NCBI GenBank assembly: GCA_009914755.4
Contig: CP086569.2
Span: forward strand, 20,448,001 to 20,512,000
Length of the DNA: 64,000 nt
Reading direction: 5' to 3'
Source: the human T2T-CHM13v2.0 reference genome, Homo sapiens
Both the position numbers and the translations under genes were made by a program. Below the pieces are notes generated by a model, which worked only from the letters and a program-made list of their open reading frames with translations, was not told the origin of the DNA and made no database searches. Below, piece by piece: positions 27,247 to 47,240 of the stretch. Position 1 is the stretch's first letter. Each line of letters begins with the position of its first letter.

Positions 27247-30049
27247 GTCTGTGCATGAATATGTTACTGCTGAGTTATCTCTCTGTCTGTCTCTCCCTCC
27301 CTCTCTCCTTGTATTCTAACAGAAAGGTTTAGAACTTGCATAATTGGGAAAGAAGCTGTTGCCTGAACTTACTGGGGGATTCAGCATTGTCATTTTGGAC
27401 ATGTCACTTATCCTCAGTATTTGCTTCCCCCAGGAGAGAGCTGTAATAAAAAAGCATTGCAATTTAATACATAAGCTCAGTAAGTTCTTGTTTATGCTCC
27501 TTGTGATGAAACAAAAAGTCCTTCAATTAGAAACAAAGGTTTAATCAAATAGCATTTTTAATGACCATGTTACAACTAAAGTTAATGACCCTTTGAAGAG
27601 CAGAGCTCTAGTTAATAGCTAGTTGTGAATAATGAGAATTTACTTCTGTTTCTGTCTTACTTTTCTATACTTAACCTCATATTCCTTTCTTCTTTGCTCA
27701 TGTTTCTGGCCATCTTTTTACTTTGGGTTTCTTTCTTTCGTTATTCAACTAACTGAGATCGGATTGAAATACGTATCTAAATTTTTTTAAAATTTTTATT
27801 TTTAAAAATTGCTGAATATTTTGTATTTCCAAATTCACTTTTAGGTTACTTCCTTATCACCTTTATTTTTTTATTTCCTGTATGTCACTGACTGGGAAAT
27901 AAAAATTACTTAATTTTAACTGAACCTCTGCCCCTCTTTTCCAGGATGCAGAAATAATATTTGTGTTGTTTTAAAAATCTTAGATCAATTAAAAAGAAAA
28001 ATGACTCTGTCATTCTTTGGTAAGTTACAATACTTAAGTCAGAAACTAGAGAAGATGGGCTTTTTTAGGTTTTGTTATTCTCGTGCTGATTTTCTGTCCC
28101 TTCAGTTTTGCCTGTTTTTGCTTAATATATTTTGGGCTTAAGTGCATATAAGTTAATATTTGTTAAATCTACTTGGTGGATTACCCTTTTATTAATGGAT
28201 AGCGTCCTTTGTCTCTTTAAAAATATTATGTCTTAAAGTTTATTTTGTGTAATATTAGCATAATTGTCTTAGTTTCTTTTGCTTATTATTTTGATGGAAT
28301 ATCTTTTTCTGTTCTTAACACTTACAATAAAGTGTATAATAGTTTGAATTGGTTTATTGTTTATGATAAAGTAGTTTGAATCTTAGATTCAGTAGTGTAT
28401 AGAAACTTTGCTCCTTTATAGTTTTGCACTCTGACTTCTGATTGTCACGTTACCTCATTATACAGTGTGTGTCGATATCATATTGTTTTATACATTTATT
28501 TTATAAAATTAGTTTTGTAAATTTTTCTTTTAAATCATATAGAAAAAACCTTACAATCCCCAAGTTTAATAATGCTAGCTTTTATATTTACCTACATAGT
28601 TATCTCTGCCATTGTTCTTTATTTTTCTTTATAGGTTTGAATTATTGTCTGGTGGCCTTTTATTTCTGACTACAGGGCCCTCTTTTGCATTGTTTTTGTA
28701 GGTCAGATTTATTAGTAGTATGTTCTTTCAGCTTTTGTGTATCTGGGAATATTTCAGTTTCTCCTTTATTTTGAAGGATAGTCTTTGAGTTTTTCCTACT
28801 TAACAGATCCTGGAGCTTCTTGGATGTGTAAATTAATGATTTTCATCAAATGTGAAGTTGTTTTCGGCTATTCTGCAGATATCCTTTACCACCCCTTTGC
28901 TGCCTCTTCCTATTGTGGGTAATAGGCATGTCTCTGTATGTTGGAGAGAATCAAAGGTCTTTTAAGCCCTTGATTTTTATTTATCTTTTGTTTTTTGTTC
29001 CTCAGACTGTATAGTTTCAGTTGACTTAGCTTCCAGTTTGTTGATTCTTCTGCCTGCTCAAATCTGCTGTTGAGCCTGTCTAGTAAAATGTTCAGTTTGT
29101 TGTACTTTTCAGCTTCAGAATTTCATTTGATTGGTTATGTTATTATTTTGTTCACTTACTGTTTTCCTAATTTTCTTTAGCTCTTTGTTTGTGGTTTCCC
29201 ACCTAGCTCTTTGAATATATTTATGACAGTTGGTTTATAAAACCATTAGTAAGTCTAAAACCTAGGCTTCCTCCAGAGTGTTTTCTTTTATTTTTTTTTA
29301 TTTCTGTTCATTGCCCATACTTTCCTGTTTTTTTTCCTTTTTTTTTTTTTTGCATGACTTACAATTTTTTTTGAAACCGAAGGCTTTGAATATTACCATA
29401 TGGTAACTGTCAAATTCAGATTTAGACATTAAAGAGATTATTCTAGTAGAGATAACACTGAATTCAGGAAGCTTAAGCACCTTAAAATCAAACAAATATT
29501 TTTCTTTCCTAGGGAAGGATAAGCAGGATTAGTAGAAACTTAAGGACAAATTGAACAAGCAAATGGGGAGAACAGAGAGCAGGAAATGTATCTCACATGG
29601 TAAACCAGTTCTTCAGATGAGCTATTAAAGTGAGTGTGTGCTCTTATTTTAGTGCATGACCAGTGGTAAGACAAAATTTGTGGTCTGTAGATGAAAGAAA
29701 AGACTGACTAATCTTAGGTCAAAAGAAGGCGTAGATACCCTTTGGCCTTGTCTTGAAGTGGTATTGGGGAATACCTGGTCATAACACTGGAAATCAGATT
29801 CTGTCTACTCACCAGAGTTTGTGGTTGCTGGTTGTTACGGGGTTTTTTTAAGTGAATTTTGGGGTTTGTTAAGTGGCCAAACTATTTTTGTGAAGACTGT
29901 TGTATGTGGGTTTCAGATGTCTCTACATCAGTTTGTGGTCAGCTAGTGAGTTAAATTTTATGAAAAGCCTGGAGAAACAAGAATAGCAGTAAAAACTTCC
30001 AGTCTTTGTAGATTGGGTGTCTTCAGTGCTTAGCTGGGCAATTTAAAAC

Positions 30050-30560
30050 TTACCTTAAGTAGTACAGTTGGCCCTTTGTGTCTGTGAGTTTCACATTTGT
30101 AGGTTCAACCAACTGTGGATTGAAAATATTTGAAAAATTAAAAATAGATGGTTGCATTTGCACTGAACATGTAGACTTTTTTTTCTTGTAATTTCTCTTA
30201 AACCATACAGCATAACAACTCTTTACATAGCATGTACATTGTATTAGGTATTCTGAGTACTCTAAAGTATACGGGAGGATGTGTGTAGGTTATGTGCAAA
30301 TACTATAACATTATATGTAAGGGATTTGAAAATTCTGGGATTTTGGTATTTGCAGGTGGTGTGGGATGGGGGTCTGCCTGGAACCAAGGAATGCCCCAAA
30401 GGAGGATGGTGCCTTGTTGTGTGCATCCTGATGGTCAGCCAGAGGAGAAAACCTAGGGTTTTCTACATGTGCATCCTGCTTTGGACATGCATGTATCCTT
30501 GTAGGTCCCATGGTATTTGTCAATCCTTTATAAAACCTTAACATTTTTGTGTATCTCTTT
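30050..30560 (-). mobile_element. Old L1 3' UTR fragment from the same family as 15425-15800, in reverse orientation.
   Basis: It contains the reverse complement of the ggataccaaaatc...cagtacag 3' UTR motifs (gggatttgaaaattctgggattttggtatttgcaggtgg). Confidence 0.5.
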
Positions 30561-32199
30561 CCCAGCCTCTTATTTCCCCTTAAGGCTTTTTAGCCTACGT
30601 ACTACTTTTTTTCTCTGTTTACTCCTTACTTCTAGTGGCTGGGGCTTCAACAAATATCACCAGCAGGACACAACAGCCCTGAGAAGGTTCTGTGGCCTTC
30701 CCCTGGGGAACCACTAGACAAGTGAACCGCACCACCATAGCTCTTTAAGAGCAAGGTTTATATTCCCCACTCTGGCACCAGCAGTTCACACCAGGAATAC
30801 TAGCTGCTTTCCTAATGGTTACCGTCAAGGTACAGATTAGGGATGGTAGGCAGGTTAATTAAAATGCCACAGATCTCTTTCTGAAATGTAGTATCTTCTT
30901 TTTTTTAATCTAGTACTTCCCTGGTTATTGTAAGTTCTGATTAGATTCCAGAGTTTCAAAGTACTTTATTTGGACAATTTTTGGTTATATAAAGTAAGTT
31001 TTAACCTAATGTCCAAATTAAATCCCTTTGTCTCTTTTCTCTGTCTCTTCCCAGTTCTTTTTTCCTTGATCTTAATGTGATGTACAAAGTAACTTTTAGA
31101 TACTATAGTATCTGTGACAGCATTTAGACATATAAAGTATTATATAAATTTAATATGTTGTTCAAAGCAGTGCATGGGAACTATGTTAAAATTTTACCAG
31201 GTAGAATATTCAAAAGAAAAAAAGATGTTAGTTGACCTTAATATCCACTCAGACCCTGAGATTATGTTTTTATGATTCAGCCCATTTTCTAGTTGAATTT
31301 ATGTTGGTACTTAAAACTGTGAGTTTTATGAGTTGATGATTAGTTGATGGGACAGACTTATAAAATATCCAGTGTTGTCTCTCTGTTCCACCAAGATAAT
31401 TTTATTTATCTTCATTGCCTTGGATTTTTGTTTCAATGTAACAATTCCAAAGTGTCCTTCAATGATCCTCACTCTGGTACACTTCTCCCCCTTTAATATG
31501 TCATGATAATATTTGCTTGCTAAGATGATACATTTTGTGTTCTCACACAAGGCAGTATTGTTTGGTGGAGAACTGATTCTGGAAGTTGTGCTGTTGGTTT
31601 TGAAGAGAGTTTCTCTTTTAGGAATTGAAGTGTGAACCACATTAAAGGCAATAATGTATATGTGGTAGGTAGAATAATATGTCCCAACTCATCAAATGAT
31701 ATTTATGTCCTAATCTCTGATACCTGTGAATATGTTGTCCAGCTTGGCAATACTTGATTTGCAGATATCATAAAGTAGGATCTCGAGATTGGAAGATTAT
31801 CTTGGATTATGTAGTGAACGAGTGTAATCAGTCACAGGAGTTCATTTACGAGGAGGGCAGCAAGATCAGTCAGAAAAAGAGATGTCCTAGGAATATATAA
31901 GTTTTATTTTTTCTTAAAATATTTTAAAATAAAAATAAGATTAAAAGGAGAATTTATAGCCCCCACTGCCCCCGCCAAAAAAAGTAAGGAGATCTCAGAG
32001 AGAGACAGAGAAAAAGAGAGAAAAGAGAGAGAGTAAGAGAGAGGTCTGAAGATGTTTTGCTGTTAATCTTAAAGATGGAGGCAGGAAAATAAACCAAATA
32101 ATGGAGGCAACCTCTGTAAACTGAAAAAGACAAAACAGATTCTCCTCTGGGAAATAATAAATATATTTGTTCTTTGCCCCGTTTTCCTAACATACACCT

Positions 32200-32900
32200 C
32201 CTAAAATCCTTGTTGATGGGATGCTAGGAGAATTTTTTGTTCCAATATTTAATCTTTGACCTCCAGTTCCTGACATAGAGATCCGAAGACCTTTGTAATT
32301 TCCTGAGTAATAGGAGCATTTGACAAACAGCTCCTAAATCCCTTGGAATTTCCTGGTGATAGGAGAATCTTTTTCTAATGAGGTGACTATTGGTGTGTTC
32401 TTAGTCCCAGAATGGGAGCTGGTTGCCAGAGAAACCAACCTTGTGATTAGAAGATTGGGACTTTCAGTCTTATCCCAAGCTTTCCAGGGAGGGCACCAGG
32501 GGCTGAAGGTTTAGTTGATCACCAGCCACCGGTAATGTAGTGAGTTATGCCTATGCAGTGAAGCCTCATAAAAACCTAGTGAGTGAGGTTTACATAACTT
32601 CCAGGTAGCTTGAAGTGTGAAGGGTCCAAGAGGTTCCTGGAACAGTGAAGCCTCATGCTCCTTCCCACATACCTCACCATTTGCATCTCCTGTCTAGCTT
32701 TTCATTTGTATCCATTGTAATATTCATTATAATAAACCTGTAAGTCTCAGTGTTTCTCTAACTTCTGTGAGCCACTCTAGCAAATTAATTGAACCAAAGG
32801 AGGAGGTTAAGGACAGCATAGTTTACAAAATGAGCCCTGTTTCTGACATCTGAAGTGGGGGCAGTCTAGTGGGCCTGACCTCTTAACTTGTAGAAACATT
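32200..32900 (+). mobile_element. Solitary MaLR-type LTR (MLT1/MST-like).
   Basis: The 3' motif ...aataaacctgtaagtctcagtgtttctctaacttctgtgagccactctagcaaattaattgaacc is characteristic of the ERVL-MaLR LTR family. Confidence 0.5.
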
Positions 32901-34367
32901 CTTTCTTTCTAGATGACTAGTGACCAGAATTAAATTGAATCCTAGGCCACCCATTTATTGTCTTCTGCAGAATTGGCGAGAATGGAGAGGAATCCTCACC
33001 TATCGGTGACCAGAGATGAAATATTCTGAATTGAGAGTTTAAAAGAGCACACTTAGAAGAGATTTAGAGTTTAGTTTTTCCTGTCAGTCTTGCAATAGTG
33101 TCAACATACGTTAAAATGATCTGGGTAAAAAAACAAGGCTGGATGTTTCTTAGCTTATTATGATTGGTTTAATTGGAGCTGGGGAAGTGTAACTTCATAA
33201 AATTGTGACCAAGTAGTTCCATTTAGGTAATCCATAAAAGTAGAGAACGATTGGACATCTAGAAATGTATGACTTGATGATACTAACTGAGTGACCCAGT
33301 TGTTGGCCTTTTCCAAAACAAGTAAGGCAAAAGCATATTTCAGTGTCTTTGGGCATTACAATCTTTTTTTTGGATTTCCTGATTCTTTTGCTGCCAAGGT
33401 TGGCATTTAGATTCATAGAGATATCTCCATTTGCAAATAATCACTGTGTTAGAGTTTTAGAACTAGTTGTAACCTCTTTCAGTTTTATAAATAAAATAGT
33501 CATAGGCAGTAAATGTAAATACAGTGAAGTTGTGCATGCTTTAAAAGGCCAACAATATATGTGATCTAAGATAGAGTATTACCTTATGAGAACCTACTAG
33601 TAGTGTAGAAATTATGATGCTAAACATGACTGTAATAATTTACCCTTTCTGAAACTGTTTTAGTAATTCTAGGCTTCTTTTGGTTTCCTCATCTCTAAAT
33701 TTGGCAATGACTATTTCTCTTTGAATTTACCTGTGAGTAGCTCTCTGTAGCTCTGTGTATTCTTTTGTATACCACAGCAATCACTGCAGGGTCTTTTGCT
33801 GTTACAGGTAGTACTTATACTAACTCCTAGGATGTTATTTTGCTGGAGTTTTATATTCTGCATCAGAACTCCATATTTACTCTGCTCTTGAAAGACCATA
33901 CTCTTTGGAATGTTATAGTTATTGATAATCACTTATTCTCATGTTTCCATGTCTTTGATTCGTATCCCTGGACAAACTGAAATTGGCTCATCACTGAGAT
34001 TGTCTGTTTATCATACCTGCCTATAAGCTATTTCTCTAGATTAAATGAAAAAGTAGATTAAATGCTGTTGCAACTGACTTCATGACAGTGAGCCAAACAA
34101 TGAAGGCCAAGAGAAAATGCTTTATATGAATTATCTGTCACCACTCATTTGCGTTAATTGATATACCAACCACTTAATAATTTGAGACCTATATTTTGGG
34201 TATGGTTTGCTAAGAAGAAAATGAAACTTTTCACGTTTCCCTAGATTTGCCTGACAATAGGTGCCAACATTGGGACTTTCCTAGATGATGTCTTTCCTTT
34301 GATTCTTTATATATCCCTGCTGTACTTAGGCAGTACTTCTCAAACTTTTTGGCTTAGGATACTTTTA

Positions 34368-34664
<297 letters not shown>

Positions 34665-35124
34665 TTATTGAAGACCTTCGTGTGGAATCAGTGAACTCTT
34701 TTCTGTGTTATATTAAACTTCTATCACCTTTTTTTTATGTTTTAAGTGAATTTTATGCCTTTCAGTAATTTTGTAACATTTGTCATTTGGAAATATTGGT
34801 TTGCTGAGTTGTATAGATCTTTCAGATGGTTTACAATATTAGAAAATGAGATTTGTTAATATTATTACTGGCCTTATCAGAAAAGTCTTTAAAGAGTGGG
34901 AAGCTGGCAGGCTAATGCAGATTGAAACTTTCCAAAATTCTAATTTTCACTAGAAAGCTTGATTTTTATCATTGCAATGAATAACTGTATTATTTATCCT
35001 CCCATACTTATTTGGTTCATTTTCTATAAAATGTCTGACCCTAATCAAGATAACGATAGTAATAAGAAATACTATACTATCATATATTATATACTATTAT
35101 TATTATAAAAACATGTATGTTTAT

Positions 35125-35582
35125 TGAGACACTGTTCACAATAGCAAAGACTTAGAACCAACCCAAGTGCCCATCAGTGTTAGATTGGATAAAGAAAATG
35201 TGACACATAGGCACTATGGAATACTATGCAGCCATAAAAAAGGATGAATTCATGTCCTTTGCAGGTACATGGATGTAGCTGGAAAGCTTCATTCTCAGCA
35301 AACTAACGCAGGAACAGAAAACCAAACACCACATGTTCTTACTCATAGGTGAAAGTTGAAGAATGAGAACACATGGACACAGGTAGGGGAACATCACACA
35401 CCAGGGTTTGTCAGGGGTGGGGGCCTAGGGGAGGGATAATATTAGGAGAAATACCTAATGTAGATGATGGGTTGATGGGTGCAGCAAACTACCATGGTGT
35501 GTATATACCTATGTATACACATGTATAAACCTGCACATTCTGCACATGTACCCCAGAACTTAAACTATAATAATAAGAAAAG
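35125..35582 (+). mobile_element. L1PA 3'-terminal fragment, covering the ORF2 C-terminus and the 3' UTR.
   Basis: Matches include ...aaccaacccaagtgcccatcagtgttagattggataaagaaaatgtg...aaccaaacaccacatgttcttactcataggtg...ctgcacattctgcacatgtaccccagaacttaaac. Confidence 0.85.
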
Positions 35583-35667
35583 AACTATGAAGAATCAGAA
35601 ACTGTATTTACAAATTAATAAGATTGCCATAGTTTATGGATGTTGACAGAGCTATTGAAACAATAGT

Positions 35668-36003
35668 TTCTCTCTTTTTTTTTTTCTTGTCGCCGACAAA
35701 TCCAGGTGCAGAATGAGGATAGGGGATCCAGCTACCTGGTTTCCCCTGTGACTGACCTAGTTCTAGATCACAAGGATACTGACCACAAAGTCTCCCTATG
35801 ATGGCCCACACAAGCAAGAGAGGAGAACATAATGGAGCTCTGAAAGATTTATAGATACTCTCATTCCTTTAGCATGTCACATTTCTGGACAAACCATGTA
35901 CTGGGAGTAGGGGATGACTGAACGGAAGTCAAAGTTATAGTTACTGGAAATACAAACTGTGGCAGTAGAAAACCCTAGGCACAAGGGAAGTAAAATATTA
36001 ACC
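35668..36003. repeat. Left arm of a large inverted repeat. Its partner is at 37878-38215.
   Basis: The sequence gacaaatccaggtgcagaatgaggataggggatccagctacctggtttcccctgtgactgacctagttctagatcacaagg...ggcacaagggaagtaaaatattaa is the near-exact reverse complement of 37878-38215. Confidence 0.85.
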
Positions 36004-36282
36004 ACTCCAGGCTGGAGTGCAGTGGCGCAATCTGGGCTCACAGCAAGCTCTGCCTCCTGGGTTCACACCATTCTCCTGCCTCAGGCTCCCGAGTAGCAGG
36101 GAGTACAGGCACCCGCCACCAGGCCTGGCTAGTTTTTTTTGTATTTTTTAGTAGAGATGGGGTTTTACTGTGTTAGCCAGTATGGCCTCGATTTCCTGAC
36201 CTCGTGATCCGCCCACGTCAGCCTCCTAAAGTGTGGGGATTACAGGAGTGAGCCACCATGCCCAGCTGAAACAATAGTTCTT
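36004..36282 (-). mobile_element. Alu SINE (AluY-like). It lies within the spacer of the inverted repeat and abuts the left arm directly.
   Basis: The sequence ccaggctggagtgcagtggcgcaatctgggctcacagcaagctctgcctcctgggttcacaccattctcctgcctcag...gtgagccaccatgcccagctg. Confidence 0.9.
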
Positions 36283-37877
36283 CACAATGGCATCTACCAC
36301 TATGTCCACATTTGCACCTCTGTCCTGAACCTCGATTCCTATAGGTTGATGTGTTGAGAACCAGACAATACGAAATAGAAGACAAATCATGAGCTTACAG
36401 AACCTGAAACTTTTTACACTGGGCAGTGTGGTAGACAGAACAGCAGTGGCTGCCCAAAGATGATCATGTTTTAAGTCCTGACATCTGTGAATTATCATAT
36501 TGGGAAAAGGTGTTATTGTAGATGTTGTTTAAAGTTAGGATTTTGAGAGAGGAAAATTATGTAGGGTTATCTGGCTGTGCCCAGTGAAATCACAAGAATC
36601 TTTATAAATGAAAAAAGAAAGCAGAAGAATCAGAACCAGAGACACGGCATTATGCATAGGACTGGACTTGTCATTACTAGTTTTAAAGGTAGAGGAAGCA
36701 GAGATCTAAGAAATGCAGGCAGCCTCTAACTAATGTTAACAAATCTCATTTTCTAATATTGTAAGCCTGTGGAAGAGGCTAGGGCACAGATGCTCCCATA
36801 GAGTCTCCAGAAGGAACCTAAGGTAATGAGATAAGCCGCTAAACTTATTGTAATCTTACACAGGTAGTAAGCAAACCTGCTCTTTGCTTGTACATATAAT
36901 AGTATTTTTATTTTTTTCTAAGGCTGCTTTTTATACAGGCATCCTTGAAAAAATACAGTGGAACAAAGATCCTCTGTATCTCTGCTCCTAAGATAGCAGA
37001 GACAGCATACTGGCTTCTGTTCAATTTTCCTTTGATTACACAACTTCATTGGCTACGGTGTTTAATATGACCGTCATAGGCTGAGACAAGATCTGTTCAG
37101 TTTATCTCATAAGTTACTAGTTAAATCTCAGACATATTATACTTTTGTAACTGAGTGACTCCCATTGTAAGGATAACTACTTCAATGTGCGTATAAATGA
37201 GTCAGTTGTCTCTCTTGGGGGCTTCAACAAATAAGCAAAGATAACCTCATTGTGGAGAGCACTTCACATTTGTTTTTAGGGTTACATAGTCTACTCTGTA
37301 TCCTTAAACACTTGAAGATCTGTTATAACTACATCTGAGATAGTAGTCACAGTGTTTTCTCATGTTAATGCCTGGCTTCCACCCAGGAGGCACATGTGGT
37401 GTGTCTGCAAATAAAGTGTTTATGATTATTGGGGTCCCCCAAGCTGGACCTGTATCCATGTTCAAGTGGCCACAGGGTTACTTGCTTTAGCATGGCTCCT
37501 TGGCTGGCTGTTAAGTGAATAATTAAACTGAGTCTTTTTTGCAGGAGCTAACTGAGACCAATCAATCAGTCAATTTTCCCTTTCTGTGTGTAACACAAGC
37601 TGGATGTCCCTGGAATGACTAAATAATGACTAGAGGAGTCGGGGAAGACATCCAGTGATAATTAGTTGGGAAGGTTCAGGTTCTGGGACATCCGTTGCTA
37701 TTTCCGTGTGAATGGCAATCAAATCATCTGAGTTGACTAGCTAGGAAAGCAAATTTAACAGGCCTGTTGTCTTTGGGAAAGACACACAAGGGTGTGCACG
37801 TGTGCAGATGTGTGTGTGTGTCTGTAAGTCTTCAGTAGCAGATTTAAAAGTGTCATTAATGTCCTATTCTTATACCT

Positions 37878-38215
37878 TAGAGTCTTAATATTTTACTTCC
37901 CTTGTGCCTAGGGTTTTCTGCTGCCACAGTCTGTATTTCTAGTAACTATAACTTTGACTTCCATTCAGTCATCCCCTACTCACAGTAAATGGTTTGTCCA
38001 GAAATGTGAGATGCTAAAGGAATGAGAGTATCTGTAAACCTTTCAGAGCTCCATTATGTTCTCCTCTCTTGCTTGTGTGGTCCATCATAGGGAGACTTTG
38101 TGGTCAGTATCCTTGTGATCTAGAACTAGGTCAGTCACAGGGGAAACCAGGTAGCTGGATCCCCTATCCTCATTCTGCAGCTGGATTTGTCCAGGAAAAA
38201 GAGAAGTATTAAGCC
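37878..38215. repeat. Right arm of the inverted repeat, the reverse complement of 35668-36003.
   Basis: The sequence cttaatattttacttcccttgtgcctagggttttctgctgccacagtctgtatttctagtaactataacttt...cctcattctgcagctggatttgtcc. I found about 8-10 mismatches over roughly 330 bp when comparing by hand. Confidence 0.85.
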
Positions 38216-39067
38216 TAAAGAGCAGTCAGAGTAGAATGCTGAATTTTCAGAAGTTTTATATTAACATAATCATTCATCTTTTTTGTCCTGATAATTACTC
38301 AGGAGGAAACTGAGAGGGCATGGTCCCTTTCTATGGATAGCAATACTCAGTGTCCCAATTTTCCTTTGGGACACTGGGACACAGGCAGAGACTCCGAAAG
38401 TCTGCATGGATTAGTTGTTCATTCACCACAGCTCCTTAGTGTGCCAGGAGAACTATATATGGCCTTTGGTTTCATTCAGGGACAGGGAAACTTGAACCCA
38501 TGCCTATTCATTCTCATTAAAGTAGCAGAAGTCATGTTAGAGACAGTATTGCTGCATTCAGTACTCCTGCCTTTAACGCTTCTGACGCTTCCTGAAAGCA
38601 GCCCCAGCTCTCCATATGGCAAAACAAAGGCAACCTTATGCAAAGCCTTCTCAGGGAACCCTCAGAAAGGTTTAAACTTAGGTTCACAGTTTTTAGAGAA
38701 TAATGTCCTCATTGCTCCCTCTGGCACTAGCAGTTTGTACCAGGAGATCTGTTGGCTACTGTTACCCTAGGGTATGGCAATGGTATGTAGGCAATGAAAA
38801 ATCTTACAGTACTTATTATGGAAAACCAACTTTTTTATTCAGTAAGCATTCCCCTGTGTTGTAAGGTTTTTAAAAGATTGTGGAAGTATGAAAAAGTTTA
38901 TTATGACAGATGTGCCAGCTCCAGCTGTTTTGTGGAGAGTGACCCTTGGATTTTCGTATGCCCCCATTATATGATGATACCTTGTAATGATTTAATTTTA
39001 GCATCTGCTTTTCTTTTCTTTAAAATTTTTTTTTGCCTTTTATGGGGTTTGTTTACCAACCACCACT

Positions 39068-45176
<6,109 letters not shown>

Positions 45177-45265
45177 AATTTTAATATCTTTATACTTTGC
45201 AATTAGGTTACCTCTTTGTGAAATTAAAAATTACATTTACTTTAGATTGTTAAGAAGTAGTGTTA

Positions 45266-45608
<343 letters not shown>

Positions 45609-45769
45609 CTAAGCCTTATGACCTGCTTGTTTATTGTCAGATATACAAAATGTACAAAAGCATAGAGGGATGGAAAATTGTACTTTTTAGCACTGCTTAG
45701 TTTTCTTTGCTTTATAACATTTGATTTAACTCTCTCTTCAACCTTTATGCTTACTCTCCTTCCCTCTAG

Positions 45770-46067
45770 TTTGTGAATAGCACAATGGAAGAAGCTGGAC
45801 TTTGTGGGTTAAGAGAGAAAGCAGATATGTTGTGTAACTCTGAATCACATGATATTCTTCAACATCAAGACTCAAATTGCAGTGCCACAAGTAATAAACA
45901 TTTATTGGAAGATGAAGAAGGCCGTGACTTTATAACAAAGAACAGGAGTTGGGTGAGCCCAGTGCACTGCACACAAGAGTCAAGAAGGGAGCTTCCTGAG
46001 CAAGAAGTAGCCCCTCCGTCTGGTCAGCAAGCTTTACAATGCAACAGGAACAAAGAAAAAGTCTTAG
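45770..46067 (+). CDS. TXLNGY: Taxilin exon 2. It encodes (F)VNSTMEEAGLCGLREKADMLCNSESHDILQHQDSNCSATSNKHLLEDEEGRDFITKNRSWVSPVHCTQESRRELPEQEVAPPSGQQALQCNRNKEKVL and then G in phase 1.
   Basis: The acceptor is ccctctag|TTT. The ATG is at about 45784/45785. The donor is TTAG|gtaata. The peptide is homologous to the N-terminus of TXLNG (MEEAGICGL...NRNKEKTLG). The ORF track extends to 46207, but that extension is intron read-through. Coordinates here are +/-1 bp. Confidence 0.8.
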
Positions 46068-46927
46068 GTAATAATCTCTGCTCTGTGGTTGGATGTTGTC
46101 ACATACTGGTCTTTTTGTTTTACATTTTCTGCAGCATGAGTGATTATGAACTTGGCCTGTTTGGAGGTAAATGTTGCCTGGTAAACTTGTTTCTTCACTT
46201 GGTTTAGTCCACCTATCATCTCCAGTTATGTGTAGGGAACAAAAATAGCAAAATACGAAGCCCAGTTATAAGAAACTTAATTATTTCTCTGTGTAACAAG
46301 AACTGAAGTTTTAAGAAAGTTTGAGGCCAATATGATGTAATTAGTATTTGATTTACCTTGCTTTTTGTACCTTTGAAAATAACCTAATAGTATGAAAACA
46401 ATATGTATGCTAATTTTGCTTAAAAGATTATACACTGAAATTTAGAGAGGATATAATGTTATCTGTAGTGTAGAAAGAGTTAAATAAGACTGATTTTTAG
46501 AATTTGTTTTATCCCTTCCACTCTTAGCTTGACAATTAGGATTAAGAATATGATATGTCAAATTTCATGACTGAAATCTGAAATGCCTTAATAGTTGCCC
46601 TCAGTGTTTCATCCTTATACTAACATTTACATTGATATATATGACTTATATGTGACACTGAAACTTGGAATTTTTATTCTTAATCCATTTTCTGTTACCC
46701 TGGAAGACAAAAAAAAAAGTATGGTAATATATAAAGTAATTGTAATTCCTTGAAAATAAGACAGATATCTTCAAAATTGATAGCCCCAATTATATGTGTA
46801 AAATATAGCTTGAGGTTAAAATTATTTAAAAAGTTTTAAATGAAAATCTTTATGAAAATGTCAGTTATATTATAGTTGTTTCTTACACATACACATTCAA
46901 TAACAATATTTATTTATTCTTTTTTCT

Positions 46928-47240
46928 AGAGAGACAAGGTCTTTCCCTGTCACCCAGGCTGGAGCGCGGTGGTACATTCATGGGTCATGGCAGCCTTAAA
47001 CTCCCTGAGCTCGTGATCCTGTCTCTTCAGACTCTAGAGTAGCTGGGGCTACAGGCGTACACCACCACACATGGCTAATTTTTTATTTTTCTTTTGTTGT
47101 AGAGATGGGCTGTCATTCTCTTGCCCAGGCTGGTCTTGGTATACTGTCCTGTAGCAGTATATTTTGGCTACCTGTACTGGCATTGGCTTTTCCAAGTGTC
47201 AAGATTACAGGTGTGAGCTAGTATACCCTGCCCAGTGTTT
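46928..47240 (-). mobile_element. Older, diverged Alu.
   Basis: The sequence gagacaaggtctttccctgtcacccaggctggagcgcggtggtacattcatgggtcatggcagccttaaactccctgagctcgtgatcc...aagattacaggtgtgagc. Confidence 0.7.

Noticed and set aside
45773-46207. A 144-aa plus-strand ORF reported as a single unit.
   Set aside because: Only 45785-46067 is coding, and that part is taxilin exon 2. The remainder (GNNLCSVVGCCHILVF...) is read-through into intron 2 past the TTAG|gtaata donor.
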